In this document: piece by piece, positions 26,060-39,295 of the stretch
How positions within the stretch are numbered: position 1 is the stretch's first letter
Layout: the number at the start of each line of letters is the position of its first letter
Source: Lama glama
Lineage: Eukaryota
DNA length: 64,000 nt
Assembly (NCBI GenBank): GCA_028534125.1
Contig: CM052832.1
Coordinates: forward strand, 24,244,001-24,308,000
Direction of reading: 5' to 3'
The notes under the pieces: generated by a model
What the model saw: only the letters and a program-made list of their open reading frames with translations
What the model was told of the DNA's origin: nothing
Database searches by the model: none
Translations under genes and position numbers: made by a program

Positions 26060-26720
26060 CTGAAATTCTTTTGCCTTTTCCATCTCTCCTGCCATTTCTT
26101 TCCTACCTGGATTATTTCAATAGTTCCCCTGCTGGCCTCTCTGCCTGCATTCTCCCACTCAAAGCTACTTCCCATACTGTAGCTAGACTGATGTATCTGA
26201 GGCAGAAATTGGGCCTCATAACTCCCTTACAGAAAAATACTTCAGTCGTTTCTAGTAGCCTTTCTGTGGAGTCGACACACCTAACATTGCATGGAAATCT
26301 CTCCATGTTTGGGTTCCTGCTTCTGTCTCTGACCCATCTCTCCTCCCACCCCCTGTAATCACTGATACCTCCACCCGTGATAGCTCCATGGTACAGTACT
26401 TAGAGTTTGCTAAACATACCCTGCTTTTTAAGCCTTCCTCATTCTCAGGTATTATGATGTATATACATAACGTATCGCAGTCTACTGGTGTCATCATTTC
26501 ATGTCATCACGTCACGTCCTCTAACAAGCCTTTTATGACCCTTAGGCTGTGCTTTTCCTATAGAGCTCACTATAGAGCATTCTGCCCACTGTGTTATAGT
26601 TGTTTTTTTTACTTGTCTGCCTCCCCAACTTGGCTACACGCTCCCTGAGAGCAGTAGCTAGCCCTAACTCCTCACTGGCTTCCAATCTGAACACAGGTAG
26701 ATGTTTCATGTTTGCTTCTT
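26060..26720 (+). mobile_element. L2 LINE fragment
   Basis: CCTGGATTATTTCAATAG...TTTACTTGTCTGCCTCCCCA...CTCCCTGAGAGCAG...ACACAGGTAGATGTT. Confidence 0.7.
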
Positions 26721-28528
26721 AGGTGGAGGCAATTTGGTGCCACTTCTGTTTTTCATTGGTGAAAAAAGTAACAAAGAGAACATAAGCCGTCATTCCAACA
26801 AAGGGAAGCTAGCAAGGAGCCTAGAAAGCAAAGAATGTCACTAGCAATGAGTCAGTGATCAGAGTTTCCAGGTCTAGTGCTGACACTCTGGAAAAAGGTG
26901 ACCTTCATCAAATTATTTCATGTCTTTAGCCCTTCATCTGTAAAATGACGGGGTTGGACTCAGTCGCCTCTTAAGATTCCTTCTAATGCTAACGTTTTAT
27001 AATTTCATCTAAGGAGGCCATAACTGTTTGGCTGGAATCGCTCAGAAATCACCAACTTGGGATATTTCTTACTCTACCAGAAAAGAACTGGGGGATAGCC
27101 TGGGTTTATAAAGAATCCAGGCAATCAGGATTTCTCTTTACTGCCCATTCATTTCTTTATTAATTCAACAATTATTGAGCACCTAATGTGTACCAAGCAT
27201 ATAATGCTTTTCAGTTTAGGCATTTCATAAGTGCTGATAAACAGTAAGTAAAAAGGATGAAATTCTCTGTGAGGGCAATTTGACATATAATTTTCCAAAG
27301 TTCAGACAGAAATGCGGTGACTTCACAGGGGAAATCTCTATAGAAAGCACTAAAAACTGCTCTATTCAATTGCCTTTAGAAGCTGTTATGTAACTGCTAC
27401 ACTGAACAAGCATGACTCATAGGATGTAATCAATCATAAAACAACACTTCAAATTTATTCCACAGAGCTAGCACTTTCTCCCTTCTTGGGTGAAATATAG
27501 AGTGAATTTTTATTCTTCTAGTCACTTCCAGGTAATATGTCCTTTGGTCAGTCATGACTGTGTCTGGGTTCATGTCACAGTAAAAACGTTGGTATCTCTG
27601 GCCCCCAGCTCAGCCTCCTACAAAACGCTGAGCTAGAAGAGCAACCTGTGTTCACGTCCCTTTCCGCATCCCTGCCCCTTGCAGCTTTCTAAAGGTGATT
27701 TCACACTTGCCCCAGTTTAGAATCCTGGGAAGAAGACAAGGAGAGGGCAGCCGGAAAGTGCGTACTTGTCTGCTAGTCTTGTGAAGGTCTAGTATCTGAG
27801 TTCTCTGACCTTGACAGGGAGTCACAGTTGCCTCCCTTGCTGGTGTTGTGTGAGGTTTTTGGAGATGCTCCAGGCTGGGGCTTCTCTCACCAGCATTATT
27901 TCCCTGCAGACGGAGAGACACATCTTCCTATGGCTGAGCACGTGCTCTTCCCGGGGACCCCGAGAAGCTGAGTACCAACTCCAGCTTTTTTGTTTATCTG
28001 GTTACCCATCCAGATGACCCTCTTGGAAAGGATACCCCCATACTTGCTTTCTCCTGGGGGTAGCCCACATTGGATCCAAGGGAACCACTCGCATTGTCTT
28101 TGCCCCCAAAGATCTAGAAAGCTGGGGGAAACACCAAGCACACGGACCACTCGGTACAAAACCACCCTCACCTCGAATCTCTAGTTCTCATTTTTAATGT
28201 ACTTTTTATTTATGTGAGGGATTGAAAAGGGGTTGTCATCAGAATTTGACCACCTCCATTGCAAATTTTGCAAAATGGAAGTCTGCTGCCTCACTTGATG
28301 CTGTGATATCAACACCTTAGTGCTTTCAGTGAAACTTCCATTCTCTCCCAGTTCCCTATGCCTTGTGATGCTACAGTGGCCAATTTCTAATCCCATCTTT
28401 GGTCTGTACTTACCACGTCACCCTGACAAGTAGCCTTTTCCTCCCCTAACTTCATCATCAAAGGGAAAGCTAATGTCAAGTCTTTGGGTATTTAAAGTGC
28501 TTAATTTCATAATCTGGAGTTTGGCTAT

Positions 28529-28980
28529 TACATTCGTCTCCTAGGGCAGCCACAACAAAATGCCACAAACCGGGTGGTTTCAACAACAGAAATGTGTATG
28601 TCACATATCTCACCGTCCTGGAGGCTAGAAGTCTGACATCAAAGTGTCAGGAAAGCCACGTCCCCCCAGAGACTCTTGGACAGTATCTGCTCTAAGGCCC
28701 CTTCTAATGGTTACTGGCAGTCTTTGGCTTGTAGCTACATCACTCCAATTTCTGCCTCTTTCTTCACATGATGATCTTCCGGGACATCTGTATCACTGCA
28801 GGATCTTCTTATAAGGACACCCGTCACCGGATTTAGGGCCCAGTCTAATCCAGTATGACTTCTTCTTAACCTGATGACATCCGAAAGGACCCTATTTCCA
28901 AGTAAGGTCATGTTCACAGGTTCTGAGTGACCAGGGGTTTAGTCGGGGAGAGCAGAAGTGACGCTCTACAGTCCAGTGCA
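28529..28980 (-). mobile_element. MLT1 (MLT1B/C-like) solo LTR
   Basis: CCACAAACCGGGTGG...CCTGGAGGCTAGAAGTCTGA...CTTATAAGGACACC...ACCCTATTTCCAAGTAAGGTCA. Confidence 0.87.
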
Positions 28981-31539
28981 GGTACTGTAATGTTTCCTCT
29001 AGAAAAGTTCAATACCAGCGCAAGTATGATGTTGCATGTTTTTTTCCTCCAGATAACGTTTTTAAAACTAGAGGGATTACATCCATTTTGGAAAAGGCCT
29101 ATGGAAACGGGTACCTCTGGGTTTCACTGGAGTACACTGCATGGCAGTAGTCAGATTCAGGAATATGACAAAGGAAGCAAGCAAACAGCTTAATGAGCAT
29201 GGGGTACGTGGCGTATGACAGAATCAAAGCAAGCTAATAATAGCTACCCTAGAGATGAGCTAGCGGATGCTTTTTCCACAGCTGAATCCTCAGAGGGATG
29301 ATGTAGTATTTGTTGATTTTGCCATGTGACTTGTGAAAACAAAAGCAATACAAAGAAGACAAATGACATTGTCATTTTGAGTGCTTTGACTGTCACCACA
29401 CACACTAAAGTTATAATAGCACCCGTCTGACGTGTCGTTCTGCATACTTACCAATTTTTAAGCCTCTGCAACATTTTAGAAATTTTTCCTGAGAGTCATG
29501 TTCCCCCACTCCTCACCCCTCCTCCCCCACCTCCGTACCAGGTTTCCCTTTTCCCATAAGTTTGAAGGGTTGGTTGGAACCTCGTTCAAAATCATGCATA
29601 ACAGCAGGCATAATGCTGAAAGCGACTGAAGGAGAACTGGCGTGACGTCCATCAAAACTGGGTTCTTTCCACCGACAGCAAATGCAGTTTCGTCATGATT
29701 TATCAATGAAGTCTATCCTGAGAAAATCTGGACCGTCAGAAAGGTGCGATGAATAGTTCGTACTTACGTTCTATTTCCTATCCATTTACTCATCCTAGTC
29801 TCAAGTAGCTTCTTCCTAGGACCTTTGATTTTGCTCGTCCAAGAGTGCCTTTCAGAAAGTCACAGATTTATCCATCCCTGCTCATATAATGAGACTGTCA
29901 TGCAACTTTAGAAACTTGGAGTGACGTCATCAAATAGCATGTATTCCTTATTCAAGATGAGCCGAGGCGTTTCTGACAATGACTTTTACTGCCGTTTTAC
30001 GTGGAGTTTCTCTTCTGACCGGGTAGATGCTGCCACGTGCCTGCCTCTGTAGGTGCAGATGGAGTCCGTGCATACTTTTCCATTCTTTCGGCGCCAACGA
30101 TTTATGCCAAATTTAAATCTTCCTCTGGATAATTGTTTTCTTTGTGTCTTACTGTGTTACCGCGTCTTTCCTGCAATTTGTACATTCTTTTGTAAGACAT
30201 GTGGATTCTTGTGAAAGTGTTATGGATGTAAATAATGCAAACAACACCCACACCGTTACTTCGAGACTGTGGGTGCTGCCACACTTTCTTTTTGTTTTCT
30301 TTCTTTTCATCTTCTTTTTAGAAAAAGTCACCAAAGAACAGTTCTTAGGAATAGAAATGATGCAACCACCTTAAAGATACAGTCAGCTTCTATTTTACTA
30401 ATTAATGGAGAGTCATGCTGATCTAAAAATTGGCCTCTATAACTGACAGCCAACCTGATTGCTTTGAACTTGATGTCATTTTGTGCTGGTTTAAAACACG
30501 GCAGCAGGTGTGACACCCTTTGTATAGTGTTCCACCATGAATTGAGCATGGCAGGAGGTATACTGCCATCAGTCAAAGTGACGTGGTTGTATAGTAACCA
30601 GAGAAATGATTGAGCGTCTCTAGGGATTGGTCTGTTTTTATAAAATAAGTCAGGCCACAAAGAAGATTTTTCTCCACCTTGGAAAAAGGACTAAAAAATA
30701 CACATTATACAAAAACCTGAGCTTGTTTGTACTCAGTCGTCTTCTAGGGCTCACAGGGTATCTTTTACCTAAAAGGTAAAACTGTTTGGAATCCCAAGGT
30801 CTACACAGAAGCAGGGCCATGAGGTCCTGGAGTCACCGATGTTAGAGACAGGACTGTGGCCTGCTTCCCATTGTCTCTGCTGGCCACCTTCTCTTTCATA
30901 GCAGACATTTGTGTGCAAGGGAGGCTGGGACCACATCAGCACAGGCCACGGGAAGGAAGAAGCAGCCAAGATCCAGCGGGACAGAGGGAACAGAGCCTGT
31001 CTTCAGAAGTTGGCCCACCCCAGGAGGCAGCGAGGCAGACCAGTGTGCAGTGGTCAGGGGGCGTGACAAGCTCGGACTGGGCCAGGCTATTTGGATATAT
31101 GAGTGTGTCCTTTCTGCCAGCAGAACACAGTGCTGGAAGAAGTCCAGGTGACAATACTCAGAATCAGGCACAGTTCAGGTGATCAATCCAGTCACTGCAG
31201 GTCCCCCAGGCGGTAGCTGAGAAGGGCGTAGGAAATCACATCTTGCTTCCCAGAGGAAGGGGCAGAGCAAGAATTTGGCAGAACTGAGGACCCAAGCCAA
31301 GGAATCTGGGATCCAGGGCTAGGAGCCAACCCCTGCAGAGAACTGACATGCTTAACAGAGAAACTGAGGCCAAAGGGAGTCGCGAGGCTTTGGCCAAAGT
31401 GGTAAGAGAACTCTGAAACTCAGCGTCTACAGGAAGAACCAGATTTCTAGGTCTCTAGGCAACCAAACCAGTTTTGTCTATTAATAGGTCTAAGGCTGAT
31501 GACACTGATCAGGACTGGCTCAGACTGGTTGGGGGCAAC

Positions 31540-31690
31540 TAAGAGCTTCTGGAACTTTAATGTGCAAAAGAATTACCTGGGGATCTTGTTAAAATAAAGA
31601 TTCTGATTGGGTAAATCTGAGTTGGGGCCAATCTGAATTTCTAACAAGATCCCAAGTGATTGATGCTGCCGGTTATCTAGAATAGTAAAA
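31540..31690. mobile_element. MER5A-like DNA transposon
   Basis: GAATTACCTGGGGATCTTGTTAAAAT..AGATTCTGATT...TTTCTAACAAG.TCCCAAGTGAT. Confidence 0.78.
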
Positions 31691-32102
31691 CTCAGAGAAT
31701 CCACACTTGCTGTCATTCCTTCCTGCCCCCCGCCCCCACTGCTCTCCACCCAATTCAGCTGTCCCTCCTCCTAGTCATGTCTGACCATCTTCTTTTCCCT
31801 TTTTCTCTTTCCCAACTTCCCAACCCCTTTTACCTGCTGCATTTCTCTGTCAAGACCAACAGAAAAAGAGCCTTTGTTTAGATGCTAGAAGGGGCAAGAT
31901 AGCAAAAGCCAGAAACAGTTTCCCCATTGTTAGCACACAACTAAACCCTTTTAGGTGTGATGGATACAATTTTAGGTGTGATGAATACAATTAGTCTAGC
32001 TTAATCTCTTTGTCAGTTACTGTCTCATAAAGAGCCTAATGAACATGTGACCTCTTACCTTTCCCTCCTGATATAACCCAACAGTTAAGATGTATCTTCT
32101 GA

Positions 32103-32209
32103 ATTCTGGCTTTGGCAGCACATATTCTAAGGTTGGAACAGTACAGAGAAGATGATCGTGGCCCCTGTGCAAAAATGACATACAAATTTCTGAAACATTT
32201 CATATTTTT
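32103..32209 (+). pseudogene. U6 snRNA retropseudogene (full length, diverged)
   Basis: Colinear with U6 (GCTTtGGCAGCACATAT...ACAGAGAAGAT...TGGCCCCTG...CATATTTTT); ~22 mismatches in 106 nt by manual comparison; ACAGAGA box intact; no U6 promoter recognised. Confidence 0.93.
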
Positions 32210-32650
32210 AAAAAGACATTATAATAGACATAGATTAATGGAGAAATATACTGTGTTTAGGGTAGAGAGGAACCAATATAGCAAAAGTTTTAATTCTACT
32301 GAAATTAATCTATAAAAAGAATGCAAATCCAGTAAAAATCCCAACAGAGTTTTAGTAAAACCTGATTCTAAAATTCAAATAAAAGAGCAAATGGCCAAGA
32401 ATAGCTAAGAAAACTTTGAAGATAATGTAGAGGGTGTGGGAGAAAGAAAGAGTAGAGTGTGGGAGGAGGGTTCTCACTCCAGAAAAGCTCCAGGCTTAAT
32501 ATATAGTCAGAGTTATTAAAATGACATAACAATAGATACTCTATGTAATGTGATCGTAAGTGATTTTGAGTTTCTTATTCGTGCTCTTTTGATTTTATAC
32601 TCCAAATATATACTAGTTTTGTCATGAAAAATAAGGCTAAAAAAATAAAT
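32210..32650 (+). mobile_element. Old L1 (L1M/L1ME-like) fragment: ORF2 segment plus probable 3' end, directly fused to U6 copy
   Basis: AATGGAGAAATATACTGTG...AAATTAATCTATA...AATGCAAATCCAGTAAAAATCCCAACAG...CTGATTCTAAAATTCA...CCAAGAATAGCTAA resembles the L1 ORF2 consensus. Confidence 0.78.
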
Positions 32651-33189
32651 GCTTTGGGGGAAAAATCTTCTAAAAGATAAAAAATCAGAATGGTATCACA
32701 TATTTATTTGATGTCGCTACCCTCCCCCGGCAAATATATCTGTAAATGGTATACATTGAATTTGTTTATGCTTCTAGCACTAAGGGGCCACTAGTTCCTG
32801 GCTCAAACTAAAAAATAATCATATAATCAGCTAGTTACTGAAACTCTCCCAGACATTCTACATATCCTTTTCCAATATATGAAATGGTAAAATTAATAGC
32901 GTCCCATATAAAATTAATAGCTTTACCTCGGAGGACTTGTTGCTGGAATTGTACAAGATAATATGCAAAAACGCTTAACAAGATATCAAACATGATACAA
33001 ATGCAAACTGCTATTACTAGTTAAGTATTTGAAATTGAGCAGTTGTAGATTTTCGAATTTTGCACTACCCCGTGTTGGTTTGGCTGGACTCTTTGAGGCC
33101 ATTTGTATTCAGTGGTGAAGGGAGTTGGGAAAATATACTTTAAATCTCACCTTTTCTCCCCACAGCGCATCTCATTTCACAACTGTTTT

Positions 33190-33760
33190 TCATTCATTCA
33201 ATGACTGTATTTCTTGAGCACCAGTATGCACGAGGGCCTGGAGTTACAATGGGCCTGGAGACACTGCCCTTGCATGCGTGAAGCTCACCGATTAGGAGTG
33301 TATTTGTAGACAGGAATATAGGCAACTTCGAAATAAAGTGATGAGGGGGAGGGTATATAGCTCAGTGGTAGGGTGCATGCTTAGCATGCACGAAGTCCTG
33401 GGTTCAATTTCCAGTACCTCCGTTAAAATAAATAAAAATATAAACCTAATTACCACCCTAAAAATTTAAAAAATATTTTTTAAATGCAAAAAAAAGTGAC
33501 TACTGCTGTGATGTTGTAAGTCCAGGGTGCCACAGAGTGGGTCACCCCCCAAGCTTGGATGGTCACAGAAAAGTTCTTGAACCATGTAATGACGAAGATG
33601 ATGAAATGTTCAGATGATGAAAAGGGTGGAGAAGAGTGGAGGATGCTTGCAGACAGGGAGAGGGGGCTGCTGCAGGCTGCAGACAAGAGGGCAGAAAGCT
33701 TGCACTGCCCAAGGGGCAAGAATACCAATGGGACTACTTTGGGGTTTTTAAAAAAGCACC
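33190..33760 (-). mobile_element. L2 LINE fragment (interrupted by SINE)
   Basis: TCATTCATTCAA...TTGAGCACC...TGCCCTTGCA...AAGCTCAC antisense L2 tail; continues after the SINE. Confidence 0.7.
33345..33490 (+). mobile_element. tRNA-Ala-derived SINE (camelid Vic-1-like), inserted in an L2
   Basis: Same head (TAGCTCAGTGGTAG...TTAGCATGCACG...GGTTCAA) and TAAACCTAATTACC tail as the 11.8-kb copy; flanked by AAAGTGA on both sides. Confidence 0.9.
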
Positions 33761-34199
33761 CAGATCACTTTTTGATTGATTTCAGTACTTCATAAAGTTG
33801 CCCAGGCCAGGCTCAGCGTAGGCTCAGCAAGACGCATATCGTAATACATTTTAGGATGACCCCCTCCTCCCCAAAGCCTCCTGACCACTCTCCTACTGGC
33901 CTTTCCCCTCACTTTTCCTGACCTTTTCCTTTTGAAGATAGCACTCTGAAGGGGTGGAAAGGGGCTTTTCTCTCCTGAAGCAGCAGCATTATTAACAGAG
34001 AAGGAAAAGTCTCCCATGAGCTATGGCAAAATCCTGCAGATTGGTTTATGAATCACTGTAGCTTAGGCTAAAGCAACCTAATTTCCCGAAAGCCACTCCA
34101 TGGCTTTAGGCTTTCAGAGGGACATAAAGCTTGTATGATATTTACTCTTGGTTAAAATTAAATGGAAATTGAAAGAAAAAACCTGAAGAGGAATTCTCC

Positions 34200-35470
34200 T
34201 GGGAGATCGTATTATCAAAGAAAAAAATTAAAGACTATAAAGCAATGTGGATGAAATATATATATTGCATGAAAGGAGGTCTGACAATATATACATCAAG
34301 ATGTTAAATTGATAACTATCTCTGAGTAATTGGGTTTCATGTGATTTTTTTATACCCTTTTTATTGTGAAATATAACATACATCAGGGAACGTGCATGAT
34401 ATATAAAAGTATAATTTAGTACATTTTTATTAAGTGAGCACCGCATAGCCACTACTCAAATCAAGAAATAGAATATGGTCCAGAAAGCCTCCATCCATCC
34501 CTTCCCACTCATAGCCCACCCACGCTCTCCCCACTGCCCTTACTTTTATGATAACCTCTTTTTTTTTCTCTTCTTTAGTTTTACCACCTAAATATATATT
34601 GATACTTACACATACTTATCTTTTCCTATCTTTTGAACTTTAAGAAAATGGGAACATATGATTTTTTGTTTCTGGCTTCTATCTTTTCATATTAGGTTTC
34701 TCAATTTCATCCATGCTGAGGGTACTGTGATTCATTCATTTTCGATACTGTATGGTATTCCAAGATTGGACAAAGCACACTTTATTTATCCACTCTACTG
34801 CTGATGGACAGTTTGGCTGGTTTTCCACCTGAGGCTATGATGGATAGAGTTGTTTTCTTTCGGTGCTTACCTGCACATATCTTTATTGTGGAAATCTGGG
34901 TCACCAGATATGCAAATCTTTAATAGATAATGCCAGAGAGTGAACCAAGCACAGCCGTAGCAATTTCCGTTCTCTGTAGCAGTGCAGGAGAGTTCCCATT
35001 ACCCTACACTGAAGTTCTGTCTAGTTTTTCCTTTAGCTTAGTGATCAAGTTAATTAGGCAAAATGTTTTTTCTGATATTTCCTGAAATTGTCTTTCCCAA
35101 TGGGGATATTATTTTTAAACTTTTAAATTGAAGTAAATCATTCTTAACAGAAAAAAACACACACCGGTGTATGGCTTAATGGATTATTACAAAGTGAACC
35201 CACACCAGACCCACCACCCAGGTCAAGAAATAGAATTTTCTCGCGACCTGGAAGCCATCTTCATGCCCCCTTCCAGCACAATCCTTTCTCTCCTCTTCAA
35301 AGGTAAACTATATATATAGTTCTAACACAACAGACTAGTCTTACATGGTTTTGAAATTTATACAAATGGAATACAGGATACATTATTTTCTGTGTAGCCT
35401 CTTTTATTTTCCAACATTGTGAGATTCATCCATTGTTATGTGGAGTAGTAATTCGTTCACTTTTTTCCTT
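34200..35470. mobile_element. Cluster of old L1 (L1ME/L1MB-like) 3' fragments, mostly minus strand
   Basis: TTTTATTGTGAAATATAACATA...CAAATCAAGAAATAGAA...TTTATTTATCCACTCTACTGCTGATGGACA; a second 3' end from ~35110. Confidence 0.78.
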
Positions 35471-38400
35471 TCTTTTCTTCCCACAAGGAAGAAATACTGA
35501 CCTAAGAGAGCTGACCTACTCAATACTTTTTCAGCTCATGAACTGTATTGACCAATGCCACATGTGGATTGGAACACTTTACAGCGTTTGTATTTTTGTT
35601 TCCACACAAATAATAAGCTTTTGAGCTAGAGATGCTGTAGGGAGAGAGAGTATGGTCCCCCAGCTGCCCTCTGATTTCTGTAATAATGACTCCACCTGGA
35701 ATCGTCTCCCAGTGATAATGGATGTTTTCTTTCCCTTTTTCTCCACCTGAAATGCAAAACAGTATTACATCCCCAGGCTGCACACTTTTATGTAAAACAG
35801 AGCTGTCACAGGATTTACTGGAAAGTTGATTTATTTCTGAGGATCATGGGAGTCCAAGGATAAAACTGGCATCTGGCCACAGGGAGAGCCCTTGACCTAG
35901 AAGCAGAGAGAGCTTCAAAGCTGTGTTGGTACATAATGGAACAGGGCACTTTTAACATGAATCATAGCCTCGAAACTTTCCGGGGGAGAGAAAAATCCTA
36001 AAACTATTCTCCAAAAGGAAAGATAAACTCAATAGCTTATATTTTTTTTTACTCTTTCAGATAAGCAATGCTAAATCCTTCTACACAAAACAGTTGCTTA
36101 AATCCAGATTTGGGGGTTTTCTTTTAAGAACAAAGTATCAGCTGAGCTTGAACCCTTAAAGCAGTATCTTGATATCAATCTATATTTTTAAAGCAGCCAA
36201 ACAGGCTTTCAAATGAGAACTTTCTGAAAGGTTGTGTGTGAATGTGTATAAAATGTAATTTTTCTTCTTTTTTTTTCCTTTAGGCCTTGAGATGTAATTA
36301 TTAAAGCTTCAAATGTCCCTAGTGATATTATCTAGATAATCAAATTTGGATCACAGGAATGAAATAACCTAAAGTGTGCCTTCATTACTGGCTCTCCTCA
36401 GAATAATTCACTTAGGATAACTCTACCTTTCCCCACCCACAAATTCATAACTAGACAATGGAGGTAACCAGGAAAATTAGCAAGAGCAGTCAAAATGGTC
36501 AAATTCATTCTCAAAACAAAGAACGCCATGTTTAAACACGACAGGGAAAAATTTTGCCACCACAAAAAAATAGAATAAAACCTTGCTGGAATCAAACAAA
36601 AACCAAAAATCAAAATGCTGAATAGAATTGTAAAATTTAGGAGACCTTATTGCTAAAGTAGCTGCGGAGAAGCTTACTGATTAACTCTCTTTAAAAAACA
36701 GGGAAGAATAACATTTCTTAAGTAGCTGAGAATAGTTTTTATTTGTAAACATACGTACCCATCGGAGAAATTATCGATGGATGTTATAAGTCATTTGAAC
36801 CAGAATATGACTAGTCTTGTAGAAACTTTAAGCAAAATCAAGATTTCATCAAATCGAGCAGTGCTTAAGTGTTTTTGTATCCTTTCTTTTACTAAGAAGA
36901 TAAAAATCCTTTCTTGTTCCCACCCACCCACTAAGGCTAGGAGAAACTCTTAGACCAGGAAGGTTCAGGGTGGGAAGTTACTGTATAAGATTCCCCATTC
37001 TCTTTTGCCAATGCTGTTTAATCCCTGTGTACCAGCCTTCCCTGCTATTTCACGAAAAGAGGATCCCAGCTGTGCCAAATTGTGTGATAGCTACATAATC
37101 TAGACACAATCCCCAGGGGTTTAGAACAAAAATTAACAAATATATTTAAGCTTGAAACCTTAGCTATGAAGAATATCTCTTAGTTTCCCAAATATCCATA
37201 GACCAGTCCGAGATTCCATCATCATGCTTTATAAGAACCCAAGAGTGAAGATTCCTATGAGAGAGGTCTTCTAGAATCAGATTTTGCTCTTCACAGAGAT
37301 GTCCACTTTCTGTGGGTGTTGAAGTACAACTAACACTGGGCTGGGAAATAGACGTCTTGTGTTCCAGTACTGAATTTGCCACCAACTAGTTGTATAAAAC
37401 CTGCCAATTTCCTGCAACTCTTTGGCGGAGATCCCTGTCTACGAAATAAAAAATTGAACTAGATTCTCTAAGGATCCTTCCAGGTCTCGTAATTGTGCAA
37501 GTTATATTTCTAGACTGAGATTAAGTAATAGATCTTCCTCTCCACATTATTCCACATCCACCTGGACTCATCAACACTTTTTCTTTCTTGCCAGTGCTCT
37601 GAGAAACAGGTTTGGGACCCTAACTCACTTCTTGGTTCCCGGCTCAGGTCACTTCTCAGATGCCGAGTGAGCTGAATATGCTTTTAGCATGGTTATCTCC
37701 TTAGGTTCCTTTAGAGCAATCCACGGTCACATTGGGTCCTTCTTCTGGCACTGAATTTCTCATGATGCTCTATGGGAACATTATATCAAAACGGAAGTTA
37801 TGAGAAAGGCGAGGTATGAGAAAGAACTCCAGGCTCCATATATGTTTGTGATGCCCCCTGAAAGACTGAGAATCCACAAATAAAAGGATTGCACTCTTTT
37901 TATTTCAACACCTTTAAACCTTTGAGAATTATCTAATGGATCGTGTCAACGTTTAATAATTGTAACTAAAGCTTGGCGGATGATTTGAAATAGTATGTTT
38001 AGAGCACCATCAATGAGACCTGACACGTGAGAGAATTTTCCTGCACTAAGAACCACAGCGGATGCCACATCGAGGAGCTGCAAACTGGGAGCAAATCCAC
38101 TCCATCCTACTAGGAGCCCTTCCTGTTTTGTCAGCCAGCATGGTTTCCTAAATCTCAAATTGCAGCCGAACTGTTCTGCAATTCTATGGCTCGCTATTTT
38201 GGGAGCCTAACACAGCAGGACAAATGTGCACAAGTCCACACAGTATGACAGAAGAATTAAAAATGTATTTACCATCTGTTGGTAGTTTCCTTGCGGGCTC
38301 TTTTCTTTTCCTCTCCTGGAGCCACGAATAAGGTCTTCTTACTTCCTCCCATCCTCAGAGAGCAGAGTCTCTCTTCAGATCTTTGGAAAGCAGGGCTTCC

Positions 38401-39104
38401 CCCGCCCCCAGCCTCCTTTAAATTTCCCAGGTTGTTGAACTCTGGAAGTATTTCAGCTTCTAGGATCGCCTCCCTTACATATAAAGTGGAGTGAGCCTGC
38501 GACGAGGTGGTCGTGTTTGATAACTTTTGTGGTGGCCATGTTACTTTCAGATCCTACGCCTGAGTTCTGGTCACAGCGGCTTCTGGGAAGCTCAAGGATG
38601 GAACAAGGGACGTCAAATACAGGTCAACTGAGAGGGAGTGAAATCCTTCAATTAGGCTTGGAAACTGTGGCCCTTTACAAGCTACGTAGTCCTTACTGTG
38701 ATGGGGTGTGCCAGATGCAAGTCAAAATTTCTAACAGGAAACAGTCCTCCGAATGTGGCTGAGACCGTGGACTTCAGGTGAGAGTCATTTCCAGCCATGT
38801 AGCAGTGTGGATAAAAATCATAAGCTGGAGTATAGTTTTGTTAGTTGGGAAACCAGTTAGGTTGACTGGAAGCTGTTTGGTATATGTAGGAATATTCAAT
38901 TCTCAATAAGAATCAGTAGGCTTAATTTCCTGGATATATGTATTATTCATTCAAAAATAAAAACCTAGTAAGTAGAGATGAGCATTAAAATAAAAATAAA
39001 ATAAAATATTACAATGCAGTGTTATCACTACAACTGGCCTATATCATTCAGGTAATGACTTGTTAAAAATTCTCAGGCTGTGTGGGTGGATAATTTCACC
39101 TTGA

Positions 39105-39295
39105 AACCAGTGCTGGATGACCCTGGACTTTAGGCAGGTCCTTTAAATTCCGAGCCTCAGTTTAAACATCTAAGAAATGGGAAACATGGTGGTATCTCCC
39201 AGTATTGTCATGGGGATTAGATGAAATGACATTTGCAAAACTCTTGCCATGTTGCCTGGCATAGCATAAGAGCTTAATCTCAATGGTAGCTTTAA
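39105..39295 (+). mobile_element. MIR SINE
   Basis: GAGCCTCAGTTT...ATCT..AAATGGG...GGGATTAGATGAAATGA...TGCCTGGCATAG. Confidence 0.75.

Noticed and set aside
30880..31290. Possible ancient LTR or exon-like GC-rich segment with overlapping ORFs
   Set aside because: Neither a repeat family nor a splice structure could be assigned with confidence.
32103..32209. Functional U6 snRNA gene
   Set aside because: About 20% diverged including CpG decay, no recognisable PSE/TATA, fused to L1.
33345..33422. tRNA-Ala(AGC) gene
   Set aside because: Stem mismatches, SINE-specific tail, A-rich end, TSD-like flanks and a sibling copy at 11755 indicate a SINE head.
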